The translations under genes were made by a program, and so were the position numbers. The notes under the pieces are model-generated. The model was not told the origin of the DNA, ran no database searches, and was given only the letters and a program-made list of their open reading frames with translations. Shown here in pieces: positions 1 to 7,707 of a stretch of 64,000 bases of DNA. The stretch is from a virus, in IMG/VR virus record IMGVR_UViG_3300037467_000723, one strand, 5' to 3'. Position 1 is the stretch's first letter. Each line of letters opens with the position of its first letter.

Positions 1-143
1 AATATCGTGTTCTAACTCCTAGCTGTTGGGTATCGCCAAAGTTATTCGAAATCAACGGCAAGCAATGTTATGAAATCAGCATCAGCTTTCATTCTAACTT
101 AGCATACGACATGTATGTACCAATCGCATAGGAGGAAATAGTC

Positions 144-518
144 ATGCAGTCATTCAAAGGACGTCAAGTCAATCAAGAAAAGCCGGTACGAGCTTACTTC
201 AATCTACACACAAAGCTCTGGAGCATCATGCAAGACGGTTTAGTAGTCGGTCACGCTAAAAGCCTTTTTCTAACAGGCATCAAGTTTAAAGTCAGCGAGT
301 CAGGTCGTCAGCGAGTCATCAAAGAAGGTCGCAAAAACGTTCACGCCTTCATTGAAGGATTTTACGCCGGGGAATCGTATGAGCTCGAGGGAGCACGGTC
401 ACTGTATTACAACCCGTACAAAGTCAGCACATTCGTAGACGCTGAAACACGCAAGGAACCGGGAAAAGTTAGTGCTGTATTACTTACATCAAATAAACAA
501 GCTATGTACGTAGCATAG
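144..518 (+). CDS. hypothetical early protein (124 aa)
   Basis: ORF with AGGAGG ribosome-binding site at about 130; first gene of the + strand early operon. Confidence 0.5.
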   Translation: MQSFKGRQVNQEKPVRAYFNLHTKLWSIMQDGLVVGHAKSLFLTGIKFKVSESGRQRVIKEGRKNVHAFIEGFYAGESYELEGARSLYYNPYKVSTFVDAETRKEPGKVSAVLLTSNKQAMYVA

Positions 519-529
519 GAGGAATCACG

Positions 530-658
530 ATGAGAGAGTTTTTAGAAACAGCCGGTTTAACAGGAAAAGAGTTCACATGGTGCATGGTTGCGGCAGTCGC
601 TAGTCTACCGATTGGATACGGACTAATAATGTTAGCTTGGTTGATAAGACCATGACAC
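530..658 (+). CDS. small hydrophobic hypothetical protein (42 aa)
   Basis: ATG preceded by taggaggaatcacg; hydrophobic C-terminal half; not in the >=60 aa track. Confidence 0.3.
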
Positions 659-670
659 TTGATCAAATAG

Positions 671-720
671 CCACGCTGAAGAGCTGTAATGACAGCGAAA
701 CGGCTTTTAGCCGTCCGTGG
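671..720 (+). ncRNA. hammerhead ribozyme, type I (HH1)
   Basis: ccacg-CUGAAGAG-cugu/aaug/acag-CGAAAC-ggc/uuuua/gcc-GUC-cgugg: stem I ccacg/cgugg, conserved core, predicted cleavage after C715. Confidence 0.75.
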
Positions 721-754
721 ATTCAACCACTACAAATTTTAGGAGGTCATTACA

Positions 755-1381
755 ATGACAAACGTACAAACAGAACAATACGAAGGAAAATTCGAAAGCC
801 TTAACTTTAAGTTAGACCATCCGGAACTCAGCTTTGTTGGATACGAGTTCGAAGGAGCCGAGTTTGTAATCGAAGAGTCAGGTTGTGAACAGTCACTATT
901 CAGAGTTCACGTAGAAAAAGGAACTGGATACACCGAAGTTTATGCAGCATACTCCCAGGATTTCGACGTCATGGAAGATGTTACTCACTACTTCGACATT
1001 GAACAGCTACAAAAAGATATTGAAGCATGGGAAGCTACACACGAAGTCAGCAACCAAGGCGAAGCATTCGTTAGATACTGTGCGCTCTGCGATAAGGGTT
1101 GGGACTGTGACGATGCAATCATCAAGTGCTACGACGATGAAGATAATGACTGGTGTACTGAACCTGTTGAACAGTTCCTTCTCATAAGAATCGGTAAAAA
1201 CGAAACACGACAAGTCACACTAAGCGAGGCAAAAAACTTCTTCTTAGTTGACAAATGGGGAGACGTTGAGTTCACCAACTTTGAAAGCTCTGACAGTCTA
1301 CGAAAAGCCATCATCACTGCAAAAGATGAAAACGAGCTTAACTTAATAGTCCGAGACACTTTCGGATATATCCTAGTATAG
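755..1381 (+). CDS. hypothetical acidic protein (208 aa)
   Basis: ORF with ribosome-binding site aggaggtcattacaATG. Confidence 0.55.
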   Translation: MTNVQTEQYEGKFESLNFKLDHPELSFVGYEFEGAEFVIEESGCEQSLFRVHVEKGTGYTEVYAAYSQDFDVMEDVTHYFDIEQLQKDIEAWEATHEVSNQGEAFVRYCALCDKGWDCDDAIIKCYDDEDNDWCTEPVEQFLLIRIGKNETRQVTLSEAKNFFLVDKWGDVEFTNFESSDSLRKAIITAKDENELNLIVRDTFGYILV

Positions 1382-1430
1382 TCACACTGATGAGCCGTAA
1401 AGACGGCGAAACGCCTTGGGGCGTCTGTGA
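1382..1430 (+). ncRNA. hammerhead ribozyme, type I (HH2)
   Basis: ucaca-CUGAUGAG-ccgu/aaag/acgg-CGAAAC-gcc/uugg/ggc-GUC-uguga, starting directly after the upstream stop codon. Confidence 0.8.
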
Positions 1431-1460
1431 ATACAAAAAACTTACCAGGAGGTCATTCAC

Positions 1461-1631
1461 ATGAAAAAAGTCAAACAGTACAAAGGTTTTGTAATCGCAT
1501 TAAATCGCTCTGATTGTTCATACGTAGTCTTCACGAAGGATGAATGGGCTTACGGTGAAGGATGCCGTTACCCAGAGCACGACGGATGCGGAAGCATCGA
1601 AGAAGCCATGGATTTCATCAAATCTTACTAG
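1461..1631 (+). CDS. hypothetical small protein (56 aa, Cys-containing)
   Basis: ATG with ribosome-binding site ccaggaggtcattcac; translates MKKVKQYKGFVIALNRSDCSYVVF... Confidence 0.4.
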   Translation: MKKVKQYKGFVIALNRSDCSYVVFTKDEWAYGEGCRYPEHDGCGSIEEAMDFIKSY

Positions 1632-1642
1632 GAGGAACCACG

Positions 1643-1780
1643 ATGAGAACATTCACTTTCAAGTTAGGTACCGGCAAGCACATCCACATAACAGCGGATT
1701 CACTGCCAATAGCTGTGAACGATTTAAAAGCCACTTTCGATGAGTCCATCTTGTATGAATTAGTCGAAGTACACGCATAG
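1643..1780 (+). CDS. hypothetical small protein (45 aa)
   Basis: ATG with ribosome-binding site taggaggaaccacg; the track's longer form (start 1562) overlaps the upstream gene. Confidence 0.4.
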   Translation: MRTFTFKLGTGKHIHITADSLPIAVNDLKATFDESILYELVEVHA

Positions 1781-1829
1781 CCACTCTGACGAGTCCTAGC
1801 GAGGACGAAACGGGGAAACCCGTCAGTGG
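1781..1829 (+). ncRNA. hammerhead ribozyme, type I (HH3)
   Basis: ccacu-CUGACGAG-uccu/agcg/agga-CGAAAC-ggg/gaaa/ccc-GUC-agugg. Confidence 0.8.
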
Positions 1830-1860
1830 ATAAACCACAACTACTAGGAGGTTTTACATT

Positions 1861-2115
1861 ATGAAACCAACATACGAACAATTATTAGAATTAGTACAGG
1901 AGTTAAGTCTTGCGCTAGACGATGCAGTCGACTTCATGGGGACTTTCGAGTCTACCGGATGCGAGGTTGAAAGCTTCGGTTGCACATGCGGTTACGAGGA
2001 CGGCGAGGATGGCATCGAGGAGTGCCAGTGCATGCAAGACGACACACACATCCGAGTCGGAGAAAAACGTCAGGTGCTCGATAAAGTCGAAGCTATTTTA
2101 GGGAGGAACGAATAA
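1861..2115 (+). CDS. hypothetical Cys-rich protein (84 aa)
   Basis: ORF with ribosome-binding site aggaggttttacattATG; the C-terminal LGRNE codons encode the next gene's ribosome-binding site. Confidence 0.5.
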   Translation: MKPTYEQLLELVQELSLALDDAVDFMGTFESTGCEVESFGCTCGYEDGEDGIEECQCMQDDTHIRVGEKRQVLDKVEAILGRNE

Positions 2116-2414
2116 TGGAATTTTTCACAGTCACAGCTAATTTTGATATGAGTGCTCACAGCGATTTAAAAGTCAAGTCATTCAAACATTGGACGAACGC
2201 TTACCTGTTTGCCGATTCACAACGCATCGAGTTCCTAAATTGCATCAGCGGCGGCGAGTTAGATTGGGAGGACACTGAGTACGAAGTCAACCAAGAAAGA
2301 CAGAAATACTTTCACTACGGTGTATCCAAGTCAGGCGAGGACTTCGTCACCATCCGAATTACAAAGACCACCTTCGCCGACGATGAGGTCGGTTTGCTAG
2401 GGAGGAACGAATAA
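2115..2414 (+). CDS. hypothetical protein (99 aa)
   Basis: translationally coupled (tagggaggaacgaataATG); same LLGRNE C-terminus as the upstream gene. Confidence 0.5.
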   Translation: MEFFTVTANFDMSAHSDLKVKSFKHWTNAYLFADSQRIEFLNCISGGELDWEDTEYEVNQERQKYFHYGVSKSGEDFVTIRITKTTFADDEVGLLGRNE

Positions 2415-2478
2415 TGTACGAATACTGTCCGGTATGCGGCTCCAGGTGCGAATCTGGTCAGCCATGCGATGATGATAG

Positions 2479-2525
2479 CCACACTGACGAGCTGTAAACA
2501 GCGAAACGCCTTAGGGCGTCTGTGG
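2479..2525 (+). ncRNA. hammerhead ribozyme, type I (HH4)
   Basis: ccaca-CUGACGAG-cugu/aa/acag-CGAAAC-gcc/uuag/ggc-GUC-ugugg. Confidence 0.8.
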
Positions 2526-2560
2526 ATCCCCACTAACTAAATTACTCGGAGGTTTTACCT

Positions 2561-3034
2561 ATGGAAAACTTAAAAAATCAATTATCAGCAATCTACCGTG
2601 CAAAGGAGCAAGAGCTTCAAGCTATGAGCGATGACGGTAAAGACGGTTTAATCGATTTCGCCATCTTAGACCAAGAAATTGACGATGTTAATCGTGCTCT
2701 AGAAGTTATCAACTCTGATAAGGATATTGACGATAAGCTGAACGACTTAGATAGCGTCTTGAGTGAAACAACGTCAAACTCACTTTACAACGCCCTTCAT
2801 AGCTTCCTAGATAACGTCATCTGCGTGGAAACTTACGGTACCTACATCGAGGAAACCGATACTCAGCACATCAAAATTGTAGCAGTTACAAAACCGTTCC
2901 TGGGAGCATTTGCGGCAGACAATTACGAGTGGACAATGGAGCAGTTTTTAGGCGAGTTCACTTGGGACCACACGGAAGACATTGACGTCCTAGCACAGGA
3001 GCACGGGGCTCTAGTAGGAGTGTGTGAGCGATGA
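2561..3034 (+). CDS. hypothetical acidic protein (157 aa)
   Basis: ORF with ribosome-binding site ggaggttttacctATG. Confidence 0.5.
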   Translation: MENLKNQLSAIYRAKEQELQAMSDDGKDGLIDFAILDQEIDDVNRALEVINSDKDIDDKLNDLDSVLSETTSNSLYNALHSFLDNVICVETYGTYIEETDTQHIKIVAVTKPFLGAFAADNYEWTMEQFLGEFTWDHTEDIDVLAQEHGALVGVCER

Positions 3035-3249
3035 GAGGCGTTAAACGTATCAAGTTAGTTACCTATTACAAAGGCAAAGAAATCCACAAAAAGGATTCCA
3101 CGACATTCTCAGTCCCTATGGAATGGTTAAAGGAGCTTCTACGTGTAGTGTTCGAAACAACATTAGACGACTTCAAAGAGGATTACACCTGGGACGATTC
3201 AGAGTGGATTTACTACGAAGCAAAACGAGCAGGATTACTTGCCTACTAG
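3031..3249 (+). CDS. hypothetical protein (72 aa)
   Basis: ATGA start/stop overlap with the upstream gene. Confidence 0.45.
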   Translation: MRGVKRIKLVTYYKGKEIHKKDSTTFSVPMEWLKELLRVVFETTLDDFKEDYTWDDSEWIYYEAKRAGLLAY

Positions 3250-3311
3250 TTGCACTGAAGAGTCGTTAATCGACGAAACCTAGTACACATTGTGTGTACG
3301 ATGGTCTGCAA
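3250..3311 (+). ncRNA. hammerhead ribozyme, type I (HH5)
   Basis: uugca-CUGAAGAG-ucg/uuaa/cga-CGAAAC-[long stem III containing GUACACAUUGUGUGUAC]-GUC-ugcaa. Confidence 0.7.
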
Positions 3312-3341
3312 CACCATTAAAACTACTTGGAGGCATTACAT

Positions 3342-3506
3342 ATGAAAACAACTTTAGAAGTCACTCACACAATCGAAATCACCGTGATCAAGACACCATT
3401 TGAAATGATAGTTTTAGTTGAAGAATCAATCGAAATCGTTGAAAGAGTCGAGCTACAACTCGATGCGGCAACATCATTAATTTTATCTCAGGAGGCGTTA
3501 GTATAA
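3342..3506 (+). CDS. hypothetical small protein (54 aa)
   Basis: ATG with ribosome-binding site ggaggcattacat. Confidence 0.35.
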   Translation: MKTTLEVTHTIEITVIKTPFEMIVLVEESIEIVERVELQLDAATSLILSQEALV

Positions 3507-3796
3507 TGGGCTGGAAAATTATCAAAGACCACGGTTATGAAAAAAGCGTGAAACGTGCTGAAAAATACGGCACTTCGGTTTATGGCACTAGCTATGAAGG
3601 CAAGGAACGTGACTACCAGGGCGGTAAGATGCAAGTCCGTACTTGGGATGATGACGGCAACCTATATTACACAGCGGTATGTGACGATGAGAACAGCGCA
3701 GAAGCCTTCCACGATTGGAGCCAATATGATTCCGGTTCTGTTCGCTCACAAATTAGAGTCAAAGGCAACGCCAAATGGGAGGAATTTATATCATGA
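3506..3796 (+). CDS. hypothetical protein (96 aa)
   Basis: coupled start ATAATGG; ORF. Confidence 0.5.
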   Translation: MGWKIIKDHGYEKSVKRAEKYGTSVYGTSYEGKERDYQGGKMQVRTWDDDGNLYYTAVCDDENSAEAFHDWSQYDSGSVRSQIRVKGNAKWEEFIS

Positions 3797-3921
3797 GTAA
3801 TTCACCAGCAACTCCTACAGTTGATGAACAGTGGTTACAGCTGATAATCGAAGCGAAACGTCTAGGAATCAGCATCGAAGAAATAAAACAGTTTCTAAAG
3901 GAGGCTAAATCAAATGAATAA
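3793..3921 (+). CDS. SinI-like antirepressor peptide (42 aa)
   Basis: DEQWLQLIIEAKRLGISIEEIKQFL resembles the SinI/SinR dimerisation helix (DQEWVELMVEAKEANISPEEIRKYL in B. subtilis SinI). Confidence 0.4.
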   Translation: MSNSPATPTVDEQWLQLIIEAKRLGISIEEIKQFLKEAKSNE

Positions 3922-4039
3922 ATGTACGTTTTGCGGCTGTACTTCCGACTTCTTTGATACGAAGATAGTCGGAGGTTACACGATCTTGGAATGCTGCAAC
4001 AATTGTGAAGATGAGATTTTGGAGGATGATTCAGAATGA
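3914..4039 (+). CDS. small zinc-ribbon-like protein (41 aa)
   Basis: CxxC...CCNNC pattern; overlapping coupled start. Confidence 0.3.
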   Translation: MNKCTFCGCTSDFFDTKIVGGYTILECCNNCEDEILEDDSE

Positions 4040-4179
4040 TTACAAAACGTTACCTGTTCGATCTAAATAAGTGGGAGGTCGTCGTCCTGGCTGAGAAAGC
4101 CAAGGATGATCGCCTTCTAGCTCGGTTCGATACGGAAGCCGAAGCCAATGCGGCAATAATCGGATTCACACATGCATAG
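4036..4179 (+). CDS. hypothetical small protein (47 aa)
   Basis: ATGA-coupled to the upstream gene; ribosome-binding site ggaggatgattcag. Confidence 0.3.
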   Translation: MITKRYLFDLNKWEVVVLAEKAKDDRLLARFDTEAEANAAIIGFTHA

Positions 4180-4239
4180 TTACGCTGATGAGCCCTTAAT
4201 GGGCGAAACGCCTCTCCCCTATCGGTTAGGCGTCCGTGA
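4180..4239 (+). ncRNA. hammerhead ribozyme, type I (HH6)
   Basis: uuacg-CUGAUGAG-ccc/uuaa/ggg-CGAAAC-gcc...ggc-GUC-cguga. Confidence 0.75.
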
Positions 4240-4325
4240 CAATATCAATTAGGAGGTCACTATGGGTATTAAATTAGGTAGTTTCAATTACACGCCAACC
4301 CATACAATTAAAGGAGGAAAAACCG

Positions 4326-4718
4326 ATGCAAGTAGGAATGAAGCACAGCGCAATTACAGCAATAAATCGGGGCGACGAGCTCCTGGAGACCAAGAAACGC
4401 TTTGGTCGCGCATTAAAAAAGCTACGAAGCGAACGTAAAGCTCACTCACTAAGAAGCCTTGGTGAGGCGGTTGGCGTCAGCGCTAAGTATTTATCGGAAA
4501 TCGAAAACGGGATCCACCTTCCACAGGATGAACTGATCTATAAAATAGCTCGTGAGTTTCGGATCAGCGAGGTTAAATTGTTCAAGATAGCCAAGCGAGT
4601 TCCACACACTGTTCGACAAGCAATCGAGCGTGACGGGGATCTAAACGAATTAGTCGCTAAGTTGGTAAAAGCTGATGCGTCAACGTTAGAGGCAATCTCT
4701 CAGCTACTGTCGAAATAG
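4326..4718 (+). CDS. XRE-family helix-turn-helix transcriptional regulator (130 aa)
   Basis: LRSLGEAVGVSAKYLSEIENG helix-turn-helix; strong ribosome-binding site aaaggaggaaaaaaccgATG. Confidence 0.7.
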   Translation: MQVGMKHSAITAINRGDELLETKKRFGRALKKLRSERKAHSLRSLGEAVGVSAKYLSEIENGIHLPQDELIYKIAREFRISEVKLFKIAKRVPHTVRQAIERDGDLNELVAKLVKADASTLEAISQLLSK

Positions 4719-4721
4719 GCA

Positions 4722-4751
4722 TTGACTTTAGATGTCGACAAGTAATACAAT
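4722..4751 (+). promoter_or_regulatory. sigma-A-like early promoter with embedded operator half-site
   Basis: TTGACT-18-TACAAT; spacer contains GTCGACAAGTAA. Confidence 0.5.
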
Positions 4752-4786
4752 AAGTCTAGGTACTTCACATAAGGAGATGTTACGTT

Positions 4787-5446
4787 ATGATTAAAACATT
4801 AGTTGGCGTCTTAGCTATCGGTGGTTGGGCGCTGTATACCATGAGTCACCACGTTGAGGATCCGAAAATTACCGAGAAAGATAAGCAGCAAGCTGCAGCC
4901 GTTCATCATCTCAGCAAAGCGGATGAGGAAGTGTTAGCCGTCAGCAATATGTCCCACGATCAGTTCTGGGCATGGGTTTCAAAACAGAATCCTCATGAGG
5001 AGCTTCCTCCAGAAAAGGATACATTCGAGCACTACGACCAAGCAACCTTGGACGGGATCACGGCAATGATGAATAAGGATGGCGACTCTGACTCCCCTAC
5101 TTCTAGTTCGGCTCAGGATACGTTGAACAGCGGTGATGCTAATTACACCGGTTCAAGTGATGACTCCTCTGTAGGATCCGTTCAAGACGAGTCAGGAAGC
5201 AAGGTTACTGTCCCGGCCGGTTATCACTGGGTTAGCGGATACACGACCAAGCGCGGAGTACACGTCAAGGGCCATCTCTCCAGGAACAAAGGCACCAAGA
5301 AGAAGTCGTCAGCCAGCACTGATCTGTCGAAGCCTACCTTCACTCATCACCATGACGTAGAGCAACGATCCATCACCAGTAAGCAAGACTTCCCTAGTGC
5401 GACCATCAGCGGTAGCGATCCAACAATAATCATAGGTACACATTAA
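4787..5446 (+). CDS. membrane-anchored/secreted protein with Ser/Asp/Thr-rich low-complexity region (219 aa)
   Basis: N-terminal hydrophobic helix MIKTLVGVLAIGGWALYT; low-complexity C-terminal half. Confidence 0.55.
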   Translation: MIKTLVGVLAIGGWALYTMSHHVEDPKITEKDKQQAAAVHHLSKADEEVLAVSNMSHDQFWAWVSKQNPHEELPPEKDTFEHYDQATLDGITAMMNKDGDSDSPTSSSAQDTLNSGDANYTGSSDDSSVGSVQDESGSKVTVPAGYHWVSGYTTKRGVHVKGHLSRNKGTKKKSSASTDLSKPTFTHHHDVEQRSITSKQDFPSATISGSDPTIIIGTH

Positions 5447-5468
5447 GTGTACGTAGGAGGAACCGATA

Positions 5469-5606
5469 ATGTGTATTGAATACATTTGTGAAAATAAAGA
5501 TTGCGGCTACACGTTCCTGGACGTGAAAGTCCTCCCCTTCTGTATGTGTCCGAAATGCGAAAGTTCAACGGAACATCACGAATGGGAAGGTCTTCCGGAT
5601 GACTAG
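5469..5606 (+). CDS. small zinc-ribbon protein (45 aa)
   Basis: CxxC...CPKC; ribosome-binding site ggaggaaccgataATG. Confidence 0.35.
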   Translation: MCIEYICENKDCGYTFLDVKVLPFCMCPKCESSTEHHEWEGLPDD

Positions 5607-5616
5607 TCGACAAGTA

Positions 5617-5650
5617 ACGAGGGGTTAATTCCCCTCTTTTTTCTTTTTAT
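5617..5650 (+). terminator. rho-independent terminator
   Basis: gaggggttaattcccctc hairpin followed by a T-run. Confidence 0.7.
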
Positions 5651-5685
5651 TCGTAAAGTTTTCTAATACTTTTACGAACAATCCG

Positions 5686-5715
5686 TTGACTAAGTGTTTA
5701 CTTGTCGTCTATACT
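5686..5715 (+). promoter_or_regulatory. sigma-A-like promoter with operator TTACTTGTCGTC in the spacer
   Basis: TTGACT-18-TATACT. Confidence 0.55.
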
Positions 5716-5751
5716 GTAACTAATATACCAATTATTAGGGGTGGTTTAGGC

Positions 5752-6006
5752 GTGAATAGGCCAGAAGACATAATTAAGATGACTAAACTAGAAATAGAAT
5801 CTTCATCAGAAAGAGCAGCTAAACTATTTGATAAGTTTACAATAGAAACTAGGACTAAGATAACGATAAAGCAATCTTTTATACTAGGGTACCTACATGG
5901 ACGTGAGCAAGCGTTGGATGAAGTGGGAATATTCGATGATGAAGATGACGATAGTAAGATATATGAGATACTAAAAAGTGATAAATATAATAAAAATAAT
6001 AGATGA
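5752..6006 (+). CDS. hypothetical protein in an AT-rich moron-like segment (about 84 aa; alternative start 5779)
   Basis: GTG with ribosome-binding site aggggtgg; the track start 5686 would overlap its own promoter; low local GC; acidic C-terminal DDEDDD. Confidence 0.4.
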   Translation: MNRPEDIIKMTKLEIESSSERAAKLFDKFTIETRTKITIKQSFILGYLHGREQALDEVGIFDDEDDDSKIYEILKSDKYNKNNR

Positions 6007-6035
6007 GTGTCAACGTACATACTTATAGACAAAAG

Positions 6036-6066
6036 GATCAGACGGAAATGTCTGGTCTTTTTTTGT
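6036..6066 (+). terminator. rho-independent terminator
   Basis: gatcagac-ggaaat-gtctggtc hairpin plus T9. Confidence 0.65.
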
Positions 6067-6068
6067 GT

Positions 6069-6097
6069 TTGCATGTACACATCATGTACCGTATAAT
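6069..6097 (+). promoter_or_regulatory. sigma-A-like promoter
   Basis: TTGCAT-17-TATAAT; spacer contains ATGTACACATCATGTAC. Confidence 0.5.
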
Positions 6098-6107
6098 GGA
6101 CATATAG

Positions 6108-6386
6108 ATGGGAGGAATCACAATGACTGAAGAAATACCAAAAATTAATCGTGAAGGCAAGTACACGGACACTTTCGTCCGGAAAACGGTATATATCGAG
6201 GAGAAGCTCCTGGAGATCATCCAGGAATTAGCGTCCAATCGTAAAGGTGAGCAGACGCGGATCATAGACGCAGCTCTACGGAGTTACTTGTCGAATCCGG
6301 ATAACATCGCTAAGCACTCATCTGTAGAAGATTGGTGGAAGAAACCGTTCTGGAAAGGAATCACCATCCACCCTACCGACGAATAG
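6108..6386 (+). CDS. putative ribbon-helix-helix (CopG/Arc-like) DNA-binding protein (92 aa)
   Basis: RIIDAALRSYL-type segment; weak inference. Confidence 0.4.
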   Translation: MGGITMTEEIPKINREGKYTDTFVRKTVYIEEKLLEIIQELASNRKGEQTRIIDAALRSYLSNPDNIAKHSSVEDWWKKPFWKGITIHPTDE

Positions 6387-6742
6387 TCGTTGTCAATTTA
6401 TCTCGAATGGTGGTACAATTTAGACAAAAGAAAAAACGCTGTTTCATCTTGGGGACGAGGACAGCGCTTCTCTAGAGCTTTAAAAATCACAGACAAAGAC
6501 AAAAAAACAAAAACAAAAAAATATCGCACCGAACGAAGCAAAAACAGGTTGGCAGCCGGTTTTAGTTCGTGACCATCAATTGGCAGTTGATAGTCGAGGT
6601 ACAAACAGAGTAAGTCGCAACAAAGGGACTAGTCTGTAGTTATAGTATTCGTTATTTACGTTTATTATAACACGCTTCTACCTCCCCTATCAACCCCACT
6701 CGACTCTTGTTCTGGTGCAATTTACTTAAAGGAGCAAGTCAC

Positions 6743-7681
6743 ATGCAAATCACAGACAAAGACACTTCATTATTAGGCTTATTATTCAACGAAGCACCGT
6801 TACTGATCCGTAAGGAGTTAGCTACCAGGCTCGGTCTTAACGAGGCAATCGTACTTCAACAGGTTCACTTCCATATCCAAGGCAAATATAAAACCGTAAA
6901 AGAAAAAGATCGTGCAGATGATCGTTCATGGATTGAGGGTACGTTCTGGACATATAACAGTTACCCAGAGTGGCAAGAGTCCGACTTCCCTTTCTGGTCA
7001 GCTAGTACAATTGAACGTACTTTCAAGAAACTGGAAAAACAAGGTATTCTACGGTCAGGAAGTTTCAACAAGATGAAAACGGATCGTACTAAGTGGTACA
7101 CAATCAATTACGAAAAGTTATCCACAGTATTAACAGGTGAGGAAACAGCTGAAAACGTTGATGTAGAGCAATCCATCAAAATGATGGGAAGCGCCGTTGA
7201 GCAATCCGTCAAATTGACAGAATGCGTGGTTGAGCAATCCGTCAAAATGACAGATTCCAATCCGTCAGATTGCCGTGAACCAATCCGTCAAATTGACAGC
7301 ATCTTACCTAAGAAGTCCTTAGAGGTCTTTACAAAGAACTTAGAAGAAGAAGATTATAATAAGCGCATGCAAAATTATCGTTTGGTTCGAATTGAATCTA
7401 TGAAACTATCAATTGAATCCGTGACCAACTTCCCTTCTTCTGTTTGTGAAGATGTCGCTACTATTCTATTTGATGAGAAAGAAATAAAGACTGTGTCATT
7501 GAGAGCAGTTAAAAGTGCGTTTGGTAAGTATAAGAAAAACAAAAAGAACGTGGGTAACTTAGTACCATGGTTTATTACTACGTATGTGAATGCAGAAATT
7601 GAAGTTTCAGTGGATGATTCAGAAACTGAGCAACCTGTAGCAACTGGATCAGTCCCCTTCTATAACTGGTTAGAACAATAA
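6743..7681 (+). CDS. replication initiator / replisome organiser with internal origin iterons
   Basis: start MQITDKD with ribosome-binding site aaaggagcaagtcacATG; N-terminal winged-helix-like region; five CAATCCGTCAAAWTGACAG iterons inside the coding sequence (VEQSVK repeats at protein level). Confidence 0.55.
   Translation: MQITDKDTSLLGLLFNEAPLLIRKELATRLGLNEAIVLQQVHFHIQGKYKTVKEKDRADDRSWIEGTFWTYNSYPEWQESDFPFWSASTIERTFKKLEKQGILRSGSFNKMKTDRTKWYTINYEKLSTVLTGEETAENVDVEQSIKMMGSAVEQSVKLTECVVEQSVKMTDSNPSDCREPIRQIDSILPKKSLEVFTKNLEEEDYNKRMQNYRLVRIESMKLSIESVTNFPSSVCEDVATILFDEKEIKTVSLRAVKSAFGKYKKNKKNVGNLVPWFITTYVNAEIEVSVDDSETEQPVATGSVPFYNWLEQ
7163..7299 (+). repeat. iteron array (candidate origin of replication)
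   Basis: about 5 direct repeats of (GTTGAG)CAATCCGTCAAA(A/T)TGACAG with about 23-33 bp period, followed by AT-rich DNA. Confidence 0.6.
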
Positions 7682-7707
7682 AATATGTACTTGTCGACAG
7701 TTTTCCG

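Noticed and set aside
502-726. Minus-strand ORF (74 aa) overlapping hammerhead HH1 and the small + strand ORF 530..658
   Set aside because: It runs antisense through the ribozyme and a + strand ribosome-binding-site region and has no ribosome-binding site of its own. The whole early arm is + strand, so it is most likely a spurious frame.
942-1359. Three overlapping ORFs (942..1187 +, 1007..1213 -, 1129..1359 -) inside gene 755..1381
   Set aside because: They are alternative-frame or antisense reads inside a well-supported gene and have low-complexity or hydrophobic, nonsense-like composition.
1562-1780. Longer form of the 1643..1780 ORF (start at 1562)
   Set aside because: The extended start would overlap the upstream 1461..1631 gene. 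The internal ATG at 1643 has a proper ribosome-binding site (taggaggaaccacg).
4262-4440. ATG at 4262 opening a roughly 58-aa frame across the start of the XRE gene
   Set aside because: It overlaps the strongly supported 4326 start in another frame. The track does not list it (<60 aa), and it has no convincing ribosome-binding site.
5686-5751. Track start (5686) of the moron ORF
   Set aside because: The first 22 codons would coincide with the gene's own -35/-10 promoter elements. An internal GTG at 5752 or ATG at 5779, both with a ribosome-binding site, is more plausible.
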